A DNA stretch of 64,000 nt, taken from the NCBI GenBank assembly GCA_037447435.1, contig JBBIGR010000022.1:1-64000 (forward strand), written 5' to 3'. Both the position numbers and the translations under genes were made by a program. Shown piece by piece: positions 57,798 through 64,000 of this stretch. The number at the start of each line of letters is the position of its first letter. Positions within the stretch are counted from its first letter, which is position 1. This stretch comes from Fibrobacteria bacterium (GTDB lineage Bacteria; Fibrobacterota; Chitinivibrionia; Chitinivibrionales; FEN-1185). The notes under the pieces are model-generated. The model saw only the letters and a program-made list of their open reading frames with translations, was not told the origin of the DNA and made no database searches.

Positions 57798-57800
57798 CCT

Positions 57801-58661
57801 TTGGACGGTTTTCTTCTTGTCGATAAACCGATTGGGCCATCCTCGTTTGCCGTTGTCAAACGAGCACGAAATGCTCTTTCGTGCGACAAGGTCGGACATT
57901 GCGGAACGCTCGACCCCTTGGCCTCCGGCCTTTTGGTAGTGGCCTTTGGGGCGGCAACGCGGCTTTTGCCGTTCTTGCCGCAAGAACCTAAGCGATACCG
58001 GTTTCGCATGAAGTTCGGTATAGAAACCGACACGCTCGACAGCGAGGGCGTTGTCACGCGGCAAAACGGAATAGTTCCGGGCAAAGACGCGCTTATTGCC
58101 GCGCTGCAAAAGTTCGTCGGCGGTCAAATGCAAACGCCGCCGAAGTTTTCCGCCGTTAAAATTGACGGCAAACGCGCCTATCGGCGCGCGCGCGACAAAG
58201 AAGAATTTGAAATCGGCGAAAAAGCCATAACCGTTTTCTCGCTGGAACTTTTGACATACGATATTGTTTCGGCCGAGGCCGAATGCGAGGTCGCCTGCTC
58301 GCACGGGACCTATGTGCGCTCGCTTGTCCGCGATATCGCGGCTTCGCTTGACACCGTGGCTTATGCAACCGCGATCCGTCGTATCGCAATAGGTCTTTTT
58401 AATGTCGAAACGGCCGTGGCGTACGACAAACTCGACGGGCAATCGGCGGCGTTTGTCGTGCCGGTGAGAAATGCGCTTACGAATATGCCGTCGATTACAA
58501 TAGACAACGACCAATGTGCCATGGTTTCGCACGGCATGAAATTGAAGCTTGCCGGGCTAACGGCGGAAACCGCGATCGCCTATGCCGAAAACGGGAACGT
58601 CGCGGCGGTTCTTATACGGAAAGAAGCAGGAATCTATCACCCTGATAAGGTGTTTATATAG
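57801..58661 (+). CDS. truB: tRNA pseudouridine(55) synthase
   Basis: DKP.G.SS, GHCGTLDPLASG, PP.FSAVK..G, CS.GTYVRSL. Confidence 0.95.
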   Translation: MDGFLLVDKPIGPSSFAVVKRARNALSCDKVGHCGTLDPLASGLLVVAFGAATRLLPFLPQEPKRYRFRMKFGIETDTLDSEGVVTRQNGIVPGKDALIAALQKFVGGQMQTPPKFSAVKIDGKRAYRRARDKEEFEIGEKAITVFSLELLTYDIVSAEAECEVACSHGTYVRSLVRDIAASLDTVAYATAIRRIAIGLFNVETAVAYDKLDGQSAAFVVPVRNALTNMPSITIDNDQCAMVSHGMKLKLAGLTAETAIAYAENGNVAAVLIRKEAGIYHPDKVFI

Positions 58662-58664
58662 TCC

Positions 58665-59600
58665 ATGAAAACCATTCACTATCAAAAACTTCCCAAAAGC
58701 GTCGATGCCTCAATCGTTACCGTGGGCAATTTCGACGGTATTCACAAAGGTCATGAGCTTCTTGTTACGGAAGTTGTGAAACAGGCAAAAGCGGCTAACG
58801 CGGCCGGCGTTATAGTTACTTTTGATCCGCACACGCGGTCCGTTGTTTTGCCCGGCGCAATGCAGCCCGTGTTGTCCACGCTTGAAGAAAAGGCGTTTTT
58901 GCTTGAACCCTATGGGGTCGATTATCTGGCGTATATTCCTTTCGATGAGGCCTTTGCCGCGCTTTCACCTACGGAGTTTGTGGAAAATGTACTTATAAAG
59001 GAACTACGTGCTACAGGCCTGGTGATGGGCGAGGGGCATACGTTTGGAAATCGGCAGGCGGGAAACAAAAAGTTTTTGCAATCCGATCTGGGCAGGAACC
59101 ATTTTAAAACATTTGCCATTTCTTCGCTTTCACAGCAGAATACGGTTGTTTCTTCCACCGAAATCCGCAAAAGGCTCATGGATGGCGATGTCAGGGAAGC
59201 GGTTTTGTTGCTGGGGCATCCGTATTTGGTGTCCGGCAAGCGTGTTTCCGGGATAAAAAAAGGTTCGCAAATGGGCTTTCCAACCCTTAATTTTTTGCGG
59301 CCTTCTGTCAATAAAGTTCTTCCGCCGCCCGGTGTGTATGCGGCGACGATCGATTTTAAAGGAACAAAGCGGCCTGGGGCGTTTTATTTCGGCAACTGTC
59401 CCACGTTCGATGGCCGGGATTTCCATTGCGAATTTCATGCATTGGAATACATGACCGATGTTCCTGCCGAAGGAGAAGTAGGGCATATCTGGATTCATGC
59501 CATGGTGAGAAAAGACACCATGTTTTCGTCTCAGGAAATGCTTGTTGAACAAATGAAAAAAGATATCGTGGAAATAAATAACTTTTTTGCAGGAGAATGA
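58665..59600 (+). CDS. ribF: Bifunctional riboflavin kinase/FAD synthetase
   Basis: [27 protein letters not shown]. Confidence 0.93.
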   Translation: MKTIHYQKLPKSVDASIVTVGNFDGIHKGHELLVTEVVKQAKAANAAGVIVTFDPHTRSVVLPGAMQPVLSTLEEKAFLLEPYGVDYLAYIPFDEAFAALSPTEFVENVLIKELRATGLVMGEGHTFGNRQAGNKKFLQSDLGRNHFKTFAISSLSQQNTVVSSTEIRKRLMDGDVREAVLLLGHPYLVSGKRVSGIKKGSQMGFPTLNFLRPSVNKVLPPPGVYAATIDFKGTKRPGAFYFGNCPTFDGRDFHCEFHALEYMTDVPAEGEVGHIWIHAMVRKDTMFSSQEMLVEQMKKDIVEINNFFAGE

Positions 59601-59602
59601 AC

Positions 59603-59872
59603 ATGCCGCTTACGAAAGATCGCAGCAAAGCGATCGTCAAAGAACATGGCGCAAACGATTTGGATTCCGGAAATACCGCGGTCCAGGTTGCGCTGATTAC
59701 CGAACGGATCAATTTACTCACCGAACACGCGAAGGTGAACAAAAAAGACCACCATTCCCGTCAAGGTCTTCTCAAGCTTGTCGGACAGCGTAAATCACTC
59801 CTTGACTTTCTCAAGAAAAAAGACGTTGAGAAATACAGGGAACTTATCAAGAAGCTGAATATAAGAAAGTAA
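59603..59872 (+). CDS. rpsO: 30S ribosomal protein S15
   Basis: DSG...[24 protein letters not shown]. Confidence 0.97.
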   Translation: MPLTKDRSKAIVKEHGANDLDSGNTAVQVALITERINLLTEHAKVNKKDHHSRQGLLKLVGQRKSLLDFLKKKDVEKYRELIKKLNIRK

Positions 59873-59873
59873 C

Positions 59874-59902
59874 AAAAAGCCGCGGTGTTCCGCGGCTTTT
59901 TT
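59874..59902 (+). terminator. Intrinsic terminator after rpsO
   Basis: AAAAAGCCGCGG-tgtt-CCGCGGCTTTTTT. Confidence 0.85.
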
Positions 59903-59949
59903 GTACCGGATACTTGTCCGGCGTCACACGTTTTTTTTAGGAGTTATAC

Positions 59950-62055
59950 ATGAGTTATCAGAAGGTCGATGCAACCATCGGCGGAGTTGCAGTCTCGATT
60001 GAAACAGGCCGTTTTGCCAAACAGGCAGGCGGAGCCGCAGTCGCCAGAATCGGCGACACAATGGTGCTTGCAACTGCCTGCGCGGGAAACGCGCTCGAAG
60101 GTACGGATTTCTTTCCAATGTCGGTCGAGTACATCGCGAAAACCTATGCTGCCGGAAAAATCCCGGGCGGGTATTTCAAACGTGAAGGAAAGCCAACGGA
60201 AAAAGAAGTTCTTTGCGCTCGCCTTGTCGACCGCCCGCTTCGTCCGTTGTTTCCCAAAACGTACAAAAACGAATTGCAAATTGTCGCAACTGTCATTTCC
60301 GCAGACGAAACCTACGACGCCGATGTTATGGCGATCACTGCTGCGTCGTGCGCCTTGACATTGTCCGATGTTCCGCTTCTCATGCCCATTGCGGCAGTAC
60401 GCATCGGCATGGTCGACGGCGGGCTCAAGGTATTCCCGACGTTGGCCGAAAACGAAGTGAGCCCCGTCTCGCTCGTGGTTGCCGGAAGCGAAAATTCCAT
60501 CGTGATGGTCGAAGGACATGCCTCGGAAGTTTCGGAAGACGTCATCGTCGACGCGATCATGCTTGCGCATGAAGAAATAAAGAAACTTGTCGCGATGCAA
60601 AAAGAACTCGCGCAAAAAGTCGGTGTCGTTAAGGAAGCGTATCCCGAGCCCGACACGACCGAAGCCGATGCTATCCGGGCCGACGTATGGGAAATCGTCA
60701 AGGACCGTTTTCATGAAATCAGTTTCAACGGCGACAAAAAAACACGCTATAAAGGCGTCAAGCTGCTTCTTGCCGAAGCACAGGAAAAGCTCAAGGAAAA
60801 ATATCCCGAAAAGGAAAAGGTCATTGCCGAGGCTTTGCACCATATCGAAAAAGACGATTTGCGCAAAACCATTCTTGAAACCGGCAAACGAATCGGCGGT
60901 CGCGATTGCGACACGGTTCGCAATATCACCATCGAGCTCGACGTCCTTCCCCGCGCGCACGGTTCCGCACTGTTTACACGCGGAGAAACACAGTCGCTCG
61001 TTGCGACGACGCTCGGCACAAAGCTCGACGAACAACATATCGAAGACATCCAGGGCGAATATGAAAAGTCCTATATGCTTCATTATAATTTTCCTCCCTA
61101 TTCGGTAGGCGAAGTCAAGCGCATGAGTTCGGTGAGCCGCCGCGAAGTCGGCCATGGGCATTTGGCGGAAGTCGCGCTTGCCCCGATATTACCGAATGAG
61201 AAAAGCTTCCCGTATACGATACGCATCGTTTCCGAAATCCTCGAATCCAACGGTTCCAGTTCTATGGCAACGGTGTGCGGCGGATCATTGTCGCTCATGG
61301 CCGCAGGCGTGCCTGTCAAGACGCATGTCGCAGGCGTTGCAATGGGACTTATCTGGGACGAAGGTCGCCATGCCATCCTTACCGACATTCTCGGTACCGA
61401 AGACCATGTCGGCGATATGGACTTCAAAGTGGCGGGAACGCGCGACGGCGTGACGGCAATCCAAATGGACATCAAAATTGCAGGCGTCAGTGCCGAGCTT
61501 CTTCGTGAAGCGCTCGGAAAGGCGCATAATGCCCGCATGCATATCCTTGGCATTATGGAATCGGCAGTGCCGGTTCCGCGCAAGGAAATGTCGGATTATG
61601 CACCCCGCATCACCACGATCAAAATCGACAAAGAAAAAATTCGCGAGATCATCGGGCCCGGCGGCAAAGTCGTGCGCGATATTCAGGAAACAACCGGTAC
61701 GACTATCTTCATCGAAGACGACGGCTCCGTGCAGGTTGCCGCTTCCAACAGGGAACAGCGCGACGCTGCCCTTGCGCGTATTCGCGGCATTGTTGCCGAA
61801 CCGGAACTCGGCGCCATCTATGATGCGAAAGTCAAGTCAATCGTCGATTTCGGCGCATTCGTGGAATTTCTTCCCGGCAAGGAAGGTCTGGTCCATATTT
61901 CCGAACTCGATTTCAAACGCGTTGCCAAAACCGAAGATGTGCTTCAAATGGGAGAAATCGTCCGCGTCAAGCTGATCGGTTTCGATCGTTTTGGAAAAGT
62001 AAAGCTTTCCCGCAAAGCGTTGCTCACTCCTCCGGAACAGGCGCCGCAGGCATAA
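59950..62055 (+). CDS. pnp: Polyribonucleotide nucleotidyltransferase
   Basis: [41 protein letters not shown] and S1 domains. Confidence 0.98.
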   Translation: MSYQKVDATIGGVAVSIETGRFAKQAGGAAVARIGDTMVLATACAGNALEGTDFFPMSVEYIAKTYAAGKIPGGYFKREGKPTEKEVLCARLVDRPLRPLFPKTYKNELQIVATVISADETYDADVMAITAASCALTLSDVPLLMPIAAVRIGMVDGGLKVFPTLAENEVSPVSLVVAGSENSIVMVEGHASEVSEDVIVDAIMLAHEEIKKLVAMQKELAQKVGVVKEAYPEPDTTEADAIRADVWEIVKDRFHEISFNGDKKTRYKGVKLLLAEAQEKLKEKYPEKEKVIAEALHHIEKDDLRKTILETGKRIGGRDCDTVRNITIELDVLPRAHGSALFTRGETQSLVATTLGTKLDEQHIEDIQGEYEKSYMLHYNFPPYSVGEVKRMSSVSRREVGHGHLAEVALAPILPNEKSFPYTIRIVSEILESNGSSSMATVCGGSLSLMAAGVPVKTHVAGVAMGLIWDEGRHAILTDILGTEDHVGDMDFKVAGTRDGVTAIQMDIKIAGVSAELLREALGKAHNARMHILGIMESAVPVPRKEMSDYAPRITTIKIDKEKIREIIGPGGKVVRDIQETTGTTIFIEDDGSVQVAASNREQRDAALARIRGIVAEPELGAIYDAKVKSIVDFGAFVEFLPGKEGLVHISELDFKRVAKTEDVLQMGEIVRVKLIGFDRFGKVKLSRKALLTPPEQAPQA

Positions 62056-62083
62056 TTCCCTGCCGTTTGCAGTTCTACGCATA

Positions 62084-62121
62084 AAAACGGAACAGGGCGC
62101 ATGAGCGCCCTGTTCCGTTTT
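62084..62121. terminator. Bidirectional intrinsic terminator
   Basis: AAAACGGAACAGGGCGC-atga-GCGCCCTGTTCCGTTTT between convergent genes. Confidence 0.9.
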
Positions 62122-62138
62122 ATGAATGTCTCAAATCT

Positions 62139-63788
62139 TTAATTCAACTCGATATCTTCATTTCCCGCAATAGTCTCAACCGCCCGTATGGCGTCGATTG
62201 CCGCACTGGTAATGCCGCCGGTATAGCCCGACCCTTCGCCGATGGGGAACAGATTGCGCAAGGTAACGGACTCGAAATTCTTCTTCCGCTTTATCCGTAC
62301 CGGACACGATGTCCGGGTCTCGGCACCCAAAAGAATCGCCTCGTCGGATATAAAAAGCCGGTTCTCGGTTTTCCACCGGCTAAAAGCCTGCCGGAGCGTC
62401 TCATTGATAAACGCAGGGAATATCGTATCCAATACCGCGCTTTGCGCGCCCATTTTATACGAGTTTTTATTCAAGGCAATAGATTGCTTTCTGCGCATGA
62501 AGTCCATGAGATTCTGCGCAGGCGTTTTCCAGTTCCGGCCGCCGGCGACAAACGCTTTTCTCTCGATGTCGCGTTGAAATTCCACGCCGGAAAGCGGATG
62601 CGATGACTCGAAATCCGTTGCCCTGCAGGTCACCGCGATAGCCGAACATGAAAAAGGCGAACTCCGTGCGGCATAGCTCATGCCGTTGACGACAAGCATG
62701 CCTTGTTCCGAGGAGGAATTCACGACTTCGCCGCCCGGGCACATGCAAAAAGTGTATGCCCCGCGTTTCGTCGTCCTGTTTGTAAATGTAAACGAGTAGG
62801 TGGCGGCGCCGAGTTTTGCATAATTCTGATATTTTTTTCCGTAACGCATCAGATTGATGGTTGCGGCAGGATGTTCTATTCTTACGCCGATGGACACGGG
62901 TTTGGATTCCAATGCCAACCCTTTTTTGTGAAGCATTTCAAATGTGTCGCGCGCCGAATTGCCGAGAGCAAGGTATATGCGGTCCGAACGGTATTCCGTC
63001 GATTCGTTGATAACAACGCCGCGGCATATATCGTTTTCAAAGAGGATGTCGGTCATTTTTGAGCCGTAATGGATTTCGCCGCCGTGCGACAGGATATGCT
63101 TTCTGATATTCCCCACGATTTTACGCAGCACATCGGTGCCGATATGGGGTTTTTCCATGTAGCGAATCGCCGGCGGCGCGCCGAACAAAACGAACGAATT
63201 GAGTACCTTGTTTGCATACAGGGAATTGTTCAACCGGGAAAAAAGCTTGCCGTCGGAATACAAACCTGCGCCGCCTTCTCCGAATTGGATATTGCTTTGC
63301 GGGTCGAGTTCGCGTTCGCGTAAAAACCGTTCTATATCGGTATGCCGGTCCTCCAGGTTTTTACCTCTTTCAAATATCAACGGAGCAATACCGTGTTCGA
63401 TAAGCTCCAACGCGGCAAACATGCCCGCCGGGCCAAAACCGATTATTATCGGTCGCGGATCGGCAGGGACTTGTTTGGCAACGGGTAATTGCTTTTCTTC
63501 GTAAAGCAAAAAACCGTTTTTATTGTCGTATGCGGCAGGAACGAGGATGACAAGCGCCAATTCATAGTAAAACTGCTGCTTGTCGGCGGCAGCGAGCGAT
63601 TTGAACAGGATCTTGACAAGCTTGATTTCCGTTTCGGGGAGCCCGAGTTTGTGCGCGGCCGCCTTGACGTATTCTTTAACCCCGTCTTTTTCAACTGGTA
63701 TAAGTAATCCGCTTACAACCAGTTCCTGCGGCTCGGTAAAAGTAGAAATAGCGATATTGTCCTGGAAAAGTGTGTTCGAAACCAGTTT
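62139..63788 (-). CDS. FAD-dependent oxidoreductase/dehydrogenase (uncharacterised family); start codon ambiguous
   Basis: IIGFGPAG, GEGGAG..SDGKL, FCMCPGG, ETRTS.P, GEG.GY.GGI; frame stays open from the TTG at 63560 up to 63788. Confidence 0.8.
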   Translation of the reverse strand, partial: KLVSNTLFQDNIAISTFTEPQELVVSGLLIPVEKDGVKEYVKAAAHKLGLPETEIKLVKILFKSLAAADKQQFYYELALVILVPAAYDNKNGFLLYEEKQLPVAKQVPADPRPIIIGFGPAGMFAALELIEHGIAPLIFERGKNLEDRHTDIERFLRERELDPQSNIQFGEGGAGLYSDGKLFSRLNNSLYANKVLNSFVLFGAPPAIRYMEKPHIGTDVLRKIVGNIRKHILSHGGEIHYGSKMTDILFENDICRGVVINESTEYRSDRIYLALGNSARDTFEMLHKKGLALESKPVSIGVRIEHPAATINLMRYGKKYQNYAKLGAATYSFTFTNRTTKRGAYTFCMCPGGEVVNSSSEQGMLVVNGMSYAARSSPFSCSAIAVTCRATDFESSHPLSGVEFQRDIERKAFVAGGRNWKTPAQNLMDFMRRKQSIALNKNSYKMGAQSAVLDTIFPAFINETLRQAFSRWKTENRLFISDEAILLGAETRTSCPVRIKRKKNFESVTLRNLFPIGEGSGYTGGITSAAIDAIRAVETIAGNEDIELN

Positions 63789-64000
63789 TCAACAGGATAA
63801 AATACCTCCCTTCGCAGGAAAAAAGGTCGGAAACTTGGGAAATCGGATCGGTAATGGGCCGATAAAAGAAAAAAATATCCCTATTTATTGCAAAGGGTAT
63901 TTTATAGGAAAGTCGGATTTTCTTAGGAGAAACCAAAATGGCATTGGATCTAACAAGCTTAAAAAAAGCTATATCTTCGCTCGAAAAGGCAATCAAGGTT

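Noticed and set aside
63691..63996. 101-aa ORF at the window end
   Set aside because: No recognisable motifs; it overlaps the open N-terminal frame and RBS of the FAD oxidoreductase

Overview
Bacterial chromosome segment, most likely FCB group. T9SS-type C-terminal domains, GH18/GH55 enzymes and large Ig/PKD-repeat lipoproteins suggest Fibrobacterota (Chitinispirillum/Chitinivibrio-like); this is inference only. Left to right: (1) an AT-rich, partly decayed array of peptidoglycan-hydrolase effector/immunity pairs (208-3551); (2) a beta-helix protein plus a ~1400-aa surface lipoprotein; (3) a degenerate AnmK-like protein and a CheY-like regulator; (4) the standout locus, an ~11.7-kb type II FAS/PKS-like lipid cluster (10756-22431). 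Its first gene fuses a cobalamin-binding radical SAM enzyme to an active ketosynthase (KS) and an inactive KS/chain-length-factor (CLF)-like domain. It is followed by a second KS-CLF fusion, ACP, a GcvT-fold protein, FabG and FabD, and a convergent arm (PlsC, FabZ-like, Fe-S flavoprotein-SCP2) that continues from rmlA-rmlC; (5) mixed housekeeping and accessory genes (OM barrel, yjbQ, xerC, ECF sigma/anti-sigma/Spy, rpiB, deaminase, htpX, GalU-like + glucuronokinase-like kinase, MliC, GH55, a 315-bp-repeat lipoprotein, SWIM-SNF2, two GH18s, one bracketed by a 40-bp direct repeat); (6) the conserved cca-rimP-nusA-infB-rbfA-DHH-truB-ribF-rpsO-pnp block and a FAD oxidoreductase whose start appears disrupted. 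No rRNA, tRNA, CRISPR array or transposase was recognised. All calls come from motif reading; no database searches were run.
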